A stretch of DNA of 64,000 nucleotides from Macrostomum lignano (taxonomy: Eukaryota). The notes beneath the pieces were generated by a model. The model ran no database searches, was not told the DNA's origin, and saw only the letters and a list, made by a program, of their open reading frames with translations. The stretch covers positions 1-64,000 of the forward strand of contig NIVC01002839.1 of NCBI GenBank assembly GCA_002269645.1, in the 5' to 3' direction. Each line of letters opens with the position of its first letter. Position 1 is the first letter of the stretch. Below are positions 41,867 through 55,264 of this stretch, piece by piece. Made by a program: the position numbers and the translations under genes.

Positions 41867-44800
41867 TAGTGTGTCTGTCTTAGTGTGTCTGTCTTAGTGT
41901 CTGTCTTAGTGTCTGTCTGTCTGTCTTAGTGTCTGTCTGTCTGTCTGTCTTAGTGTCTGTCTTAGTGTCTGTCTTAGTGTCTGTCTGTCTTAGTGTCTGT
42001 CTGGCTGTCTGTCTGTCTGGCTGTCTTAGTGTCTGTCTGGCTGTCTGTCTGTCTGTCTGTCTTAGTGTCTGTCTGGCTGTCTGTCTGGCTGGCTGTCTGT
42101 CTGGCTGTCTGTCTTAGTGTCTTTCTGTCAGCCGGTCTGTCACCTGAGACTAACTCACCGCCTAGCCAGTGCCTGCCGCAGTTTGTCAGCCTTCGCGGCT
42201 GGCTCACACGGCTCCACGGGACTGAGCCGGCCGCTCGGTATGGGGAAGGTGGCGGGCCTGGTGGCCACCTTCTTTGGCCGTTTAGCCCGGCACAGCTTGC
42301 GCATGTCGACCTCCGTGGCCACGACTGCGCCAGGCGGCGGCCTGTAGAGCAGCCAGAAGCCGCGCTCCTGACTCTCCAGCACCATGCGCTCGAGCCGTTC
42401 CAGCTTCCTGCACAGGTTGAGAGTGGCGGATAGAATGATTAATTAGCGTGTCTGTGGTGGTGTCTTTTGCAGTATCCGTTGTAGTGTCTGTGGTTGTGTC
42501 TGTGGTAGTGTCTGGTAGTGTCTGTGGTAGTGTCTGGTAGTGTCTGGTAGTGTCTGTTGTAGTGTCTGTTGTAGTGCCTGTGGTAGTGTCTGCTGTAGTG
42601 TCTGTGGTAGTGTATGTTGTAGTGCCTGTGGTAGTGTATGTTGTAGTGCCTGTGGTAGTGTCTGGTAGTGCCTGTGGTAGTGTCTGTGGTAGTGTCTGGT
42701 AGTGTCTGTGGTAGTGTCTGGTAGTGTCTGTTGTAGTGTCTGTTGTAGTGCTTGTGGTAGTGTCTGTGGTAGTGTCTGGTAGTGTCTGTTGTAGTGTCTG
42801 TGGTAGTGTCTGTTGTAGTGTCTGTTGTAGTGTCTGTTGTAGTGCTTGTGGTAGTGTCTGTGGTAGTGTCTGGTAGTGTCTGTTGTAGTGTCTGTGGTAG
42901 TGTCTGTTGTAGTGTCTGAAAAATTTACAGACCGCTCGTAAGCAGAACAGAGGGCACTAAAAGCACAGCTGCTACCCGTGAATGCACAGAACAATTTTAT
43001 GTATCAGTGTATTTAGGAATTAGAAAATTCTTTTCAAAACTGTCCGCTGCGTGACTAACGGGCCGGTCCATTGTTCCGGACTGCGGGCCCATGATAAGCG
43101 CAGAGGCGCCGCTGTCTCTCTTGCAACCCAAACTGCCAACTCCGATGCGACACTGTGAGAACTGCTGTCAATATCAGAGCTCAACTGGGTGCGAATTTGC
43201 CTCTGATGTCTGCATATTGAGCAGCTGGAGGCGCAACTACTGATAATGTAAGCTGAGTGGCTGCTGCACCTGGGTCTGGGAGGGTGGTGGCTGAGCCTGG
43301 GGTCTGGGAGGGCGGTGGCTGAGCCTGGGGTCTGGGAGGGTGGTGGCTGAGCCTGGGGTCTGGGAGGGCGGTGGCTGAGCCTGGGTCTGGGAGGGTGGTG
43401 GCTGAGCCTGGGGTCTGGGAGGGCGGTGGCTGAGCCTGGGGTCTGGGAGGGCGGTGGATGAGCCTGGGGTCTGGGAGGGCGGTGGATGAGCCTGGGGTCT
43501 GGGAGGGCGGTGGCTGAGCCTGGGGTCTGGGAGGGCAATGGCTGAGCCTGGGGTCTGGGAGGGCGGTGGCTGAGCCTGGGGTCTGGGAGGGCGGTGGCTG
43601 AGCCTGGGGTCTGGGATGGTGGTGGCTAAGCCTGGAAGGGCGGTGGCTGAGCCTGGGGTCTGGGAGGGCGATGGCTGAGCCTGGGGTCTGGGAGGGCGAT
43701 GGCTGAGCCTGGGGTCTGGGAGGGCGGTGGCTGAGCCTTGGGTCTGGGAGGGTGGTGGCTGAGCCTTGGGTCTGGGAGGGCGGTGGCTGAGCCTGGGGTC
43801 TGGGAGGGTGGTGGCTGAGCCTTGGGTCTGGGAGGGTAGCGGTGGCCCAATAATTTGGCCTCATTTACGTGGAACTAAGATGATAGAGCTTGGTAATTCT
43901 ACAATCCAAAAGATCCATTGTAACAAAAATAAAGCCGAAATCAGCTTTACCTATCAACCTTAGCCTCGGCCTCCGCCTGCAGGTAGATAAACTCCCATTT
44001 GTGAGACAGTAGGCGCTGCAGCCTGGCCAAATTCTCAGCCTCATAATTGGCCAATTCCAATCGCTGCTTATTGAGCAGTGTTCGCTTGCACAGGTAGACA
44101 GCATAGTCAGTGTTGTCCAGCCGATCTGGTGATTTACTGGGCCACAGACAGGGCGTTTGAAATCGATAATAGGAAGAATCGTTGCGTACAATCAGAGCCG
44201 TGCCTTCGACTGGGATGATGTAACCGTGAGCTGCCAGCATGCTGGCCACGTGACAGGCCTCCTGCGGTAATGGTCGGATCGGAGAGTCATTAGTTAGCCA
44301 GTAGCTCGAATGTGTTTAGCAAATTGAATAAAAATTGACTGCTGCTACTGTTAGTAGCACTACCTACCTAGCCCAAGGCACTACCAACACTAATATTACT
44401 AAAACTACAACAAATATTACTACTAATAGTCCAAGTACTACTGCTAATAGTACACTACTAGCACTACTACTACTGCTACTAATACTACTACTACTGCTAC
44501 TACTGCCACTACTACTACTGTCTCCAAGTGAGAGGAAGCGAGAGTGAGAGAGTGAGAGGAAGCGAGAGTGAGAGAGTGAGAGGAAGCGAGAGTGAGAGAG
44601 TGAGAGGAAGCGAGAGTGAGAGAGTGAGAGGAAGCGAGAGTGAGAGGGAGTGAGAGGAAGCGAGAGTGAGAGGAAGCGAGAGTGAGAGAGTGAGAGGAAG
44701 CGAGAGTGAGAGAGTGAGAGGAAGCGAGAGTGAGAGGGAGTGAGAGGAAGCGAGAGTGAGAGGAAGCGAGAGTGAGAGAGTGAGAGGAAGCGAGAGTGAG

Positions 44801-46063
44801 AGGGAGTGAGAGGAAGCGAGAGGGAGTGACGGAGAGTGAGAGAGAGTGCGAGGAAGCGAGAGTGAGAGAGATGGAGAGGAAGCGAGAGTGAGTGAGAGGA
44901 AGCGAGAGGGAGTGACGGAGAGTGAGAGGGAGTGAGAGGAAGCGAGAGTGAGAGGGAGTGCGAGGAAGCGAGAGTGAGAGAGAGTGAGAGGAAGCGAGAG
45001 TGAGAGGGAGTGGGAGGAAGCGAGAGGGAGTGAGAGGAAGCGAGAGTGAGTGAGAGGAAGCGAGAGGGAGTGACGGAGAGTGAGAGGGAGTGCGAGGAAG
45101 CGAGAGTGAGAGGGAATGAGAGGAAGCGAGAGTGAGAGGGAGTGCGAGGAAGCGAGAGTGAGAGAGAGTGAGAGGGAATGAGAGGAAGCGAGAGTGAGAG
45201 GGAGTGCGAGGAAGCGAGAGTGAGAGGAAGCGTGAGGGAGTGATGGAGAGTGAGAGGGAGTGAGAGGAAGCGAGAGGGAGTGAGAGGAAGCGAGAGGGAG
45301 TGAAAGGAAGCGAGAGGGAGTGACGGAGAGTGAGAGGGAGTGAGAGGAAGCAAGAGTGAGAGGGAGTGAGAGGAAGCGAGAGGGAGTGACGGAGAGTGAG
45401 AGGGAGTGAGAGGAAGCGAGAGGGGGTGAGAGGAAGCGAGAGGGAGTGACGGAGAGTGAGAGGAAGCGAGAGGGAGTGACGGAGAGTGAGAGGAAGTGAG
45501 GGGAAGGGTGGTGAAGGGAGAGGAAGCGAGAGTGAGAGGGAGTGAGAAGAAGTGACTTGGAGTGAGAGAGAATGCCAGGGAGTTGAGAGGGAGAACGGAG
45601 ACAAAATAAAAAAGGCCGAGTCAGAAGACAGAGGGTAGAAAAGGAGGATATCAATTTATCGACAAGTGCAAGTTTCAAAATATTTATTGTTAGAGAAAAA
45701 TAATGACAGTAAGACTCGATATGCCCTAACCTGAGCATCCTCTGCATCGGTGTTACGCAGAAGCCAGCCGCACAGCTCCGACCCAGTGAAACAAGACGGC
45801 TGACAGGACATAAAGGATTTAACAGTGCGCACAGAGATGCCTGCGTCTTCCTGTTGTAGCCGTTCTAACAGTCGCTCTAGTCGGGACCATTGGTAAGCGT
45901 TGGGATGCGGCGGGCGGCCAGCCTCAGTGGTGACTGGTGCTGTTTTTGCTTTAGCGTGTCTGGCGTGGTGTCGTATTACTGAGGTGGATGTTGCACTGCT
46001 GCTGCTGCTGCTGCTGCCAGCACTGCCGGAGCTGCAGGCAGCCTGAGTCTGTTGCTGCTGCAT
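40864..46063 (-). CDS. RGS7: R7-family regulator of G-protein signalling (RGS6/7/9/11, EGL-10-like): DEP, DHEX, GGL and RGS domains, 542 aa
   Basis: Exons 46063-45731, 44261-43951, 42407-42159, 41599-40864. DEP VRTVKSFMSCQPSCFTG; DHEX LANYEAENLARLQ and ESQERGFW; GGL KVSKAAES..YAEFDAF..NPW; RGS EVSAENLAFW..LMKSDSYGRF. The exact paralogue cannot be assigned. Confidence 0.92.
41670..42120. repeat. (TGTC)n with TTAGTGTC interruptions in RGS intron 3
   Basis: Direct observation. Confidence 0.93.
42445..42918. repeat. 9/12-bp minisatellite (TGTGGTAGTGTC) in RGS intron 2
   Basis: Direct observation. Confidence 0.92.
43270..43842. repeat. 28-bp GC-rich minisatellite (GGCTGAGCCTGGGGTCTGGGAGGGCGGT) in RGS intron 2
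   Basis: About 20 units with G-quadruplex-type G runs. Confidence 0.95.
44342..45595. repeat. (CTA)n tract followed by a purine-rich GAGAGTGAGAGGAAGC array in RGS intron 1
   Basis: CTA tract 44342-44520; GA-rich array 44528-45595. Confidence 0.94.
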
Positions 46064-48927
46064 TTAGCAACAAGCAGTTGCCTTACGCTTTCAGGTCACT
46101 ATCTATACTATTATTATTGTTATCAAACTGATATATTTTTGGTGCAGGAACTCCCTAGTGGTGACCAAGTGTAGAAATTATCAATTTTTATAGCTGAAAC
46201 TAAGATTATTGATGACAAATATAGGCAAATATTTGTTTTAGCTTAGAGAATGAATTATAGCAAAAAACATAATCTTTTATCAAACATATGAAACCTTAAA
46301 AATTTACATTAGACATAAAACTTAGTTTTAACATTTTTTAATTGAAATTGGTCAAATAATAGAGGTCCTGTTGGAAAAGTTATGCACCTGCATTGGCATA
46401 AAAGGTGAGCAAGGTGCTAGGTGCACAAAAGAGACAATTTAGTGGCCTATTTTGGGTGTGTTTTGGAAATGCACCTGAGCGCACCTTTTATGCATAAATG
46501 TCACTAATATTTTGAAAAGAGGCATGAAAAATGCACAATCAGTGAAGTGGTCAGACATTGGGGGGATTGTCAACTTTGATTGGTTGCGGCAGTATGGGCG
46601 TTAGAGGTGCATTAAGTGTATATGTATGGTGTAAATATATGCATTTCCAAAATATGCACAAAATATGTGCATTTCCAAAATATGCACAAAATATGAATAA
46701 AAATTAACTAACAGCTACATACTTATATATTGCAACCACAGATTGAACATAGAAAAGCTTTATTTACACCCATACTAATTGCTGCTATCCCCTTCCTGAT
46801 TCTGGCAAACCACAAAAGTAAACATTCCCTATACTGATAAGTTCCAATGACTTTCAACAACTGAGGAAAAGTTCCAAAAAGTGGTGAAAAGTTTTGTATT
46901 AGTGAGGAAAAGTAGAGAAGAACTTTTGCAAGTTAGAATGCCCCTTGCATTGCTTCTACACCTACAGTGCCCACTGTGCACCTTTTGTTCAACTTTTGTG
47001 CCTCTGATGCACACTTTTATGCACTTCCACTGTGGCACAACTTTTGTTCACCTTTCACTCTACCAATATCCCAATTCCTACTTTATTCACCTTTTGTGCT
47101 TCCAATGCACACTGTGCACTTTCAATACACCTAATTCCCTTATGACATCTATGCCCCTATCAACTATTTTATGCCTTAAATTCACCTTTTGACCCTACAG
47201 AAGCACTCAGGTAAACATGCACTGCACAAGTGGAACAAAATAGGCATAAGAAAGGCAAAAGTAGGGTAGAATTTACTACCTTACTACCCTATTTACTTTT
47301 GTGTACAAGGTACAAAACTCTTTACCTTTTATGCCTACCTTAAAAAATCAAAATCCAATGGGGGTCACAAAACTTTTTGTACATGTATTTGTTAGCACTT
47401 TTGTAGGCTAGTGCATTTTGCCTATTTTATACTTTGAAAATAGTTTTTATAACAAATATTTAAAGAGAAATTCAATTCTAGGGTGCTTAAAGCACAATAG
47501 GACTCAAAATAAAATTTTTGCTACTTTTTTAGTGGCCAACTTTGTCTTAAATTTATTTTTTCTATTTGGAGTAAAGTAATGACAATATAGTTATAATACT
47601 AAATAGAAAAATTTGTTTTTTGGCTAAGAAAAACAAAGAAAACCTATTAAAAAAAGTAAAGACAATAGAAGTTTATTTTAAATTTCAAATATAAATTTGA
47701 ACAGATTTGAACAAATATAGATTTGAAAGCTGTATGTTTAAAAATGAAAAATATGCCTAATCAAATATATTGGCTAATTAGCATTGCATTTTAAATGACT
47801 TTTGGCAATCCTTCTATATACCCTTGCTCTAAAAATTCCAAATGCAATTTTTTCAACTAAAAATGATTTTTTAAAGTAAATTTAAGGTATAATCTTTTAT
47901 TTTAAAATACAATTAGCTAATTTTTTAATACACTTGTATAAATGACTATTAGCCTAATCAATTAATTTTAATTAATTTATTATTACTTATTTAATTTTTC
48001 TAAAAATATATGCAAACATTATGTTTTAAAAATATACAAAAAAAGCTTTAAAAAAATCACTATAGGCATAAGCATTAAATTATATGAGGTAGGCCTTGTG
48101 CTTTAGAAATGTTTTTTAGAAAGTATTGTATTTGAAAGTATGCTAATTTGTTTAAATGCATATAATATTAAAAATATTCATACATGCGCAAACCTCCAAA
48201 ATTTGGTCAGCCATGCGACTTGGTTCTAACAAAAATGCAACATAGTTTTTGGCCAAAAATGTGACTTACATCTAAAAAACCTGAAGCAAAATTAACACAA
48301 CTTTGGGTAAATGGCGGGAGTACTATGACTGTCCTATTAAATCAAAATGCCTCATCAGCTACTTAGAAATACTACTTGGGGTTTTAGGTGGGCATTTTTG
48401 CAACTTACCTAGTTGGCCGTCAAATCAATCAGCCGGATTGGCCGACTTGGCCGACTGTTGCACATGTATGGAAATATTAAAAATATTATAAACTTTTTTG
48501 TTTAAAATCACACTGAAAAGGTCTATAAATACACAAGCAGCTAGCAAGAGAGGAATCAACTTGCTTTGTGCTTAAGACTTGTTCCATTTAAAACCTTGGG
48601 CAATACTACTTACTGACTTAGTTATTTAGAAGCATCAAAGCCCCAAGATTCGGAGAATTAGATCTGTTCTAAAAGAACTATATATCTAGATTCAGAATCT
48701 AAGAAGTTGCCTTAGAAGGCAGAAATTCTACCACAGAATAGAGTAATCTAGATTAATGAGTCTAAGAAACTTGCCTTAGGGCAAAATACCTAGCAAGTAA
48801 GCTGTGACCCTCTAATCCAGGGAATGCCTAGGACTGACTGAGAATAAAATTCCTTAAAGGAGTATAAGGATAGAATACACAGTGCCATAAGACCATTCAG
48901 GCCAGAAGTATAGTACATATATATACA

Positions 48928-49537
48928 CTACTAGTACCAGGGTCAGAATCGTGTACCGCTGTACGCCCGAACAAAAATTGCTTCCGTAGCTCATGCATGC
49001 AAATGTACACCAACAAACTTTTTATTGCATACAAAAATACACCAAAATAAAAATTACAAATTACAACTAATATTAAAAGCTTGCAAAATTTCAATATTCA
49101 AACAACCTATACATTAAAACTGAAAATATTTTTATTAAACTGTAGAAAACTAGTTAATTTTAACTATTTTTGTTTTACTGATACTTTTTTGGAAAAGTCA
49201 AACCCGGTTTTTTAAATTTAGTTTTACATTTTTTTTGTTAAAGGCTGGCTATTCTTTCTGATCAAAATTTTGCTACTGTAACTATGTACATGGAAACTAT
49301 GCCAAATGCAAACTTAATCATTTTTGTATGCTAATTATATAGATTGATTGTTGGGACTTGGAACTTTTGGTCCCACCTGCTGGTCTCGGCAATCTCTATA
49401 CGCCAAGCTGTATGCCAAGAGGGCACGCCAGGCGCCTTTGTACGCCAAGTTGTATGCCAATGTGTAATCTAGGTCCCTCTATATGCCGGAAAATTCTGGC
49501 ATACATGTATACCATCCGAAGTCTGGTACTAGTAGAT
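48928..49537. mobile_element. Putative MITE with 13-bp perfect TIRs, family unresolved
   Basis: CTACTAGTACCAG (48928) and CTGGTACTAGTAG (49523-49535); subterminal TGTA(C/T)GCC repeats; TSD unclear. Confidence 0.4.
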
Positions 49538-49857
49538 AAATTCATGTTTTACTAGTAACATATACATATAGGAAATTATCAATAAAAGTACAAGCATTAT
49601 AGGAGCTATAGCACAACTTTCATGGCAGTTTGTGAGATTTCCTAGTGTATAGGAAACATGCCTGTAACAACTTGGTGACAGCTATAGAATCATTTATAAA
49701 GACAGAAGAAAACCCTAGTTACATATATTACAAATATGGTATAAAATATTTTTTGTAAAAAAACAAGATAAAGTAGATTTTCAAAAAATTATTATAATTA
49801 TACTATACCATATTCTATGCTTTTAAGCTATTCTATAGCAACTTATGCCATTATGCT

Positions 49858-51176
49858 TAGTCTATGAAATTTGCTTGCGAGAAGTTTGCTTGCCGAAGTT
49901 TGCTTGCAGGACTTTTGCTTGTGGAATTTTGCTTGCCAAAGTTTGCTTCCTGAAGTTTGCTTGCGGAATTTTGCTTGCCGAAGTTTGCTTGCCAAAGTTT
50001 GCTTGCAGGAATTTTGCTTGCCGAGGTTTGCTTGCCGAACTTTGCTTGCGGAATTTTGCTTGCCGAAGTTTGCTTGCCGAAGTTTGCTTGTGGAATTTTG
50101 CTTGCCGAGGTTTGCTTGCCAAAATTTGCTTGTGGAATTTTGCTTGCCAAAGTTTGCTTGCCAAGCTTTGCTTGCGGAATTTTGCTTGCCGAAGTTTGCT
50201 TGCCGAGCTTTGCTTGTCAAAGTTTGCTTGCCGAAGTTTGCTTGCTGACTTTTGCTTGCAGGAAATTTGCTTGCTGCACATAAGCTTGCCGAAGTTTGCT
50301 TGCGGAATTTTGCCTGCCAAACTTTGCTTGCCGAATTTTGCTTGCAGTAACAGTTTTACTATTACTGATCCCTAACTACCTATATTGAATCTCTAATCAT
50401 TATACGAGTCGTATATATTGTACTAATTCTTAGAATGAAACTCTATACACCTAGTTTGAAAGCTTAGTATCAAGTCAGTTTATGTCGACGCTGATAAGAA
50501 TCCACTTGCAAAGCAACTGTAGTATGTAATAATTGACTTACCAACTTCACAAGCCAGCAAACAAGCAAGCAAACAAGAAAATAATCTGGCAAGTTAAAAC
50601 CTTGCAATTGTTATTGCAAATTTTTAGGAAGCAGACATTAAAATTCTGCAAGCAAACTTTGGCAAGCAAAATTCCGCAAGCAAAATTCCGCAAGCAAACT
50701 TCAGCAAGCAAACCTCAGCAAGCAAAATTCCTGCAAGCAAATTTCTTGCAAGCAAAGTTTGGCAAGCAGACTTTGGCAAGCAAAATTCCACAAGCAAACT
50801 TCGGCAAGCAGACTTTGGCAGGCAAAATTCGGCAAGCAAAGTTTGGCAAGCAAAGTTCGGCAAGCAAAATTCCACAAGCAAAGTTTGGCAAGCAAACCTC
50901 GGCAAGCAAAATTCCGCAAGCAAACTTTAGCAAGAAAACTTTGGCAAGCAAAATTCCGCAAGCAAAGTTCGGCAAGCAAACTTCGACAAGCAAAGCTCGG
51001 CAAGCAAACTTCGGCAAGCAAAATTCCTGCAAGCAAACTTCGGCAAGCAAACTTCGGCAAGCAAAATTCCGCAAGCAAAGTTCGGCAAGCAAAGTTCGGC
51101 AAGCAAAGTTCGGCAAGCAAAATTCCTGCAAGCAAAGTTCGGTAAGCAAACTTCCCGCAAGCAAATGTTATACTCC
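49858..51176. mobile_element. Foldback/MULE-like non-autonomous element with inverted minisatellite arms
   Basis: Left arm of TTTGCTTGC units (49865-50345) mirrors right arm of GCAAGCAAA units (50640-51167); 10-bp direct repeat CCATTATGCT at 49848-49857 and 51177-51186. Confidence 0.75.
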
Positions 51177-54100
51177 CCATTATGCTATATACCTAAATGC
51201 AAATTGATATATCCATTTTTGGCCAAACCAAAATGCATATCATTTTTTGGCAGATGTATGCCAGAATTGTCTAGCATGATGTATACTTTCTAGACAATCT
51301 AGAGTAAAATATAATGATGAAAATAAAAGGAAAAACAGTCTTTTAGTATAGTAGATATAATATTGAGCTAGTAACTAACTTTGTATACTATCAAATTTAA
51401 ATATGATAACATCATAGTTATCAATAGTCACATAGTAACAAATCTTGAACTTTTTAAGATCTCATAACCAAGATTAAGGTTTAAAAAGTGCAAAGATCTT
51501 AATGATCAAGATCAAGATCTTATTTGACTCCTACCTGACTCTTTATTTGACTCCTAACAAGGTTAGGCTATAGTAACAAGGTTGACAATGCACAAAATAG
51601 GCCTAGTCTAGGCCTAGGGTTTATTATAGCATGGTTTTCTAATTGGCTATAACTATAATAAGCTATATACCATATTGCAGAAGGTTTTCTATGTATGGCG
51701 GACACATTTTCATTGAATTTTTAATTATACGCCAACAAATTTTAAATGTACACCAACTAATGTGCGCCAAAAAAACAAAACAGAAACTAAATATAACCAG
51801 AAGTCAGAATCAGAACAGTGTATTATAATTATAAACGGTTTAATGGTAAAAAATCAATGAAAATTTAAATTTAAATTTAAATTACAAAAAATTGATAATA
51901 AAATGACAATTGTCATGATGATTCCAATAATTAAAATGATTAGTAAATGAGAAAATAGTAGCAGAAAAATGGTTTTTGAAATAACTTAACAGAGAAAAAT
52001 GCATAAAAAAATTCTTTAATTTGTATGCTAATCATGTATGCTACACTGTACACTACACTTACACTATACACAGCCAAGAGGAAGAAATGTACACTGGTGT
52101 ATGCCACAGAACTCAAGTGTAGGCTGGAAAATTCCAGCATACACCCCCCCTTCTGCAATATGGGCTATATAATTTATTCTTTAGTTGATTATTACCAGAA
52201 GGCATATATAGGATAAAAAATTGCATTCCAAATTTACTTTTAATTCATTTAATCTTTATAAGCAAAAAATATTTCTTAATTTAATAGATAGGCCTACAAC
52301 TTACAATACATTTTTGTGTTTAATTTTAAAATATATAGGCCAGATATTCACCTAGTCCTAAGTCTATTTTGTAGATAAACCCTTATTTGTTTATTAAAAT
52401 GATCTATAAAAACTACTAAAGACTAAAGTACAAGGCCTAAGCCTAAGGCTACCTAAAAGGCTAAAATCTGCTTGACACTTTGGGTTAGGGGCCTAGTTAG
52501 TATTTTTTAGTTTAGGTCATGATAGGTAAGGTAAGCCTAGGCCTAATTTCCTAAATGAAATGCTGCTGAATTGCAACTCAAAAATACATATCTGATGCAC
52601 ACTAAAACTAAGGTAAAAACTTCACTCTGCCTAGAAAATAAAGTGACTTGTAAGACATTAGAAATGTAAGATGTATCGAGCCCTTTGTGTCTTTCGACTC
52701 GGGAGTCGAGTTGTCAAAAAAAAGAATTTTGCAAAAACCTAGCCAGTAGCCTAGCCTGCCAGTCATACCTTAGCCTTAAATTTTATTTCAAGATTTACTT
52801 CTTTTAAAACCATGAAATTCAATACTACTAATACGACTGAGGCGCTGATTTATCACTATTTATTTATTATGTTTATCGTACGTACCAGTCACATAATACA
52901 AAGTTGATTTTTGAATAATAGAAAAAAAAATAAAAAACGGTCGAAAGTTAAAAGTAAATTCTGTCTAAATTATAGAGTTAAAACAAATCTTAAAAGTAAA
53001 ATAAAAAAGGTATCATCAAGCAAAACTTTTGCTCAAAAAATGTAAAAAAACTCTGACGAAATTAATACTGTTAAAAAATATTTGCGGTGCACCTATTTTG
53101 CCTTGAAGACACCCGTCCGCCTGTTGGAAAAAATGAACTCAATACTCAAGCGTTTTGAAGTATATCCTACACTTTGAACATCTCCTCAGTCCTCACGTGA
53201 ATTTTCAACTAGCTATTGAAGCAAAACTTTTTTCTATGTATATGAGGTTTTTTCTTAAGTTTATTTAGTCTAATCTGAAGTAATTAAAGTCTATATTCGC
53301 GTCGATAAGCCAAACGTTCTTTATACATGCAAGTTATTGTTTAGATTTTTTCCAATTTTCAGTAAAGTGAACATTTTAATCTATTAGCGAAAAAAGTGCA
53401 AAATAATAGCGCGTCAGTCACACAGTTTACACCAAAATAAAGAATGCTACAAAAATTATAACCCTATGGTTAAGTCTATAAGCGTCTAGGTGGACTTTCT
53501 GGCAATGTTCGTTGTTACATGAGCTCGGAGCCGGACAAATAAAGCGAAGTTTTTTCCCCGTAGCGGACGAATAACTAGTGCAATTTTGAAAACCACCGAT
53601 CTGTGTATCTTCTTAACAGTTTCTTGTCATCCACATAACTTAATGTCGGATTCGGGACATACTGAAAATCTGTGTACATCATGTAAACTATAGTCTCCGT
53701 CTGTTTACTTTTAGCAATACATTTTAGTACATGTATATGAGAACCACTACTAATAGATGTCAACATCACCTAAGCCGATTTGAAATGCAATACCGAGAAT
53801 TACGAGCGTATTATCAATTAATCAAACAGCTTATTGCATGCATCAGGAAACGTAAATTCCTGATGCATGCATCAGGAAGTGTAAAAAGTGTGTTAAAAAA
53901 GAACACTTGTAGTTTAATAATTAAAAGCGATGGGCTGCTATGTCGGCTAGCTATTGGTAACACACGGCTGAATTAGTTGATCCCGTTGTATTTGTTAGAA
54001 TTTGAAAATTGGTTGTAGAAAATAACACAGAAATATTGATGTTGACAGTTTAGTGAGTAAAAAAAGACTACGCACAGTGAATGCAAAGTGCAGGATTTCC

Positions 54101-54583
54101 ATATGTTCGATAGTATATGGTTAAATAAATACCAAATACCAAACCGGCAAAAAAGCTGAGTGTAGTCATGCGACTTGTATAAACATAAATTAACTTACCA
54201 GAAAAGTAGTCTAAAATAATAAATAAATAAATACCAAAAGCAAGGAACTAATTAGTAACATTAAAGTTGTGTAGTGCGTACGATACGACAATTTTTATAA
54301 ACATATAATGCGTGAGAGTTATGATATAGTCAGGTATTAAATAGAAAAAATAAATATTAGTAAAACAATAACAAAAAACCGAGCACGAAAGCTTTAATTT
54401 AAGTAATTGTCCGGATATTAGAATACGGAGCCAACTTCACAAAAAATAATAATGCATTTTTGAAACACGCACAGACACAAACTCACGATTGCACAACACT
54501 TTTCAATTAAATAATCACTTTTTAATATTTGTCCAGTTTTTAACATAAAGTCCGTTATGAGTTTCAGTTCAGTTCAAACTCTC

Positions 54584-55153
54584 TCAGTTTTTATCCTTCT
54601 CAGGCTCTCCCTGCTCGCCAGACTCAGCAGCCTGTTCCGACTCCGACGTCCATAGCTGAAGTTTGAAAGTTTTTATGACATACGGGCAACATGACGAGCG
54701 TGCACCCTGGCGCACTTTAAGCGACATTGTCACACAACCGGCGAGAGGCATTACTGCCCATTCGCTGACTCCCCTGAGCAGGCACACAAGCACGCAGTCA
54801 TACGCACAGGCACACTCACACAGGAGTGTACAGCGGCCCTAACTTTATTTATCGTTAGGCATGTACACTTCACTGTGCCTTGGGGGTTGGCCCACAAGGA
54901 CGTTAACTGCACGTGCAGAGTCAAGCCGAGATTCTAATTTAGCCCCAAATTAATATGACTGCACTTGGAATCGAGCCTGGGCCGCTGGCACACCAGAGCC
55001 TGCGCTAGGCTACTGGGCTACGGCCCGTCTAGCAACTGATAAGCTTTGTCCAATGCCAGCATCCTGCAGCAATTATTTTCTGCTTCTGCTTCTGCCCTCC
55101 TTCTGCCTGCCTGCCTGTGTGTCTGTCTGTCAGTCAGTCAGTCAGTCTGTCTA

Positions 55154-55218
<65 letters not shown>

Positions 55219-55219
55219 G

Positions 55220-55264
<45 letters not shown>

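Noticed and set aside
46063-54584. 14-3-3 and RGS7 as a polycistronic operon, since the proteins interact in mammals
   Set aside because: They are co-oriented but 8.5 kb apart, with a CpG-retaining stretch near 52.7-53.6 kb that could be an independent promoter; there is no sequence evidence for co-transcription.
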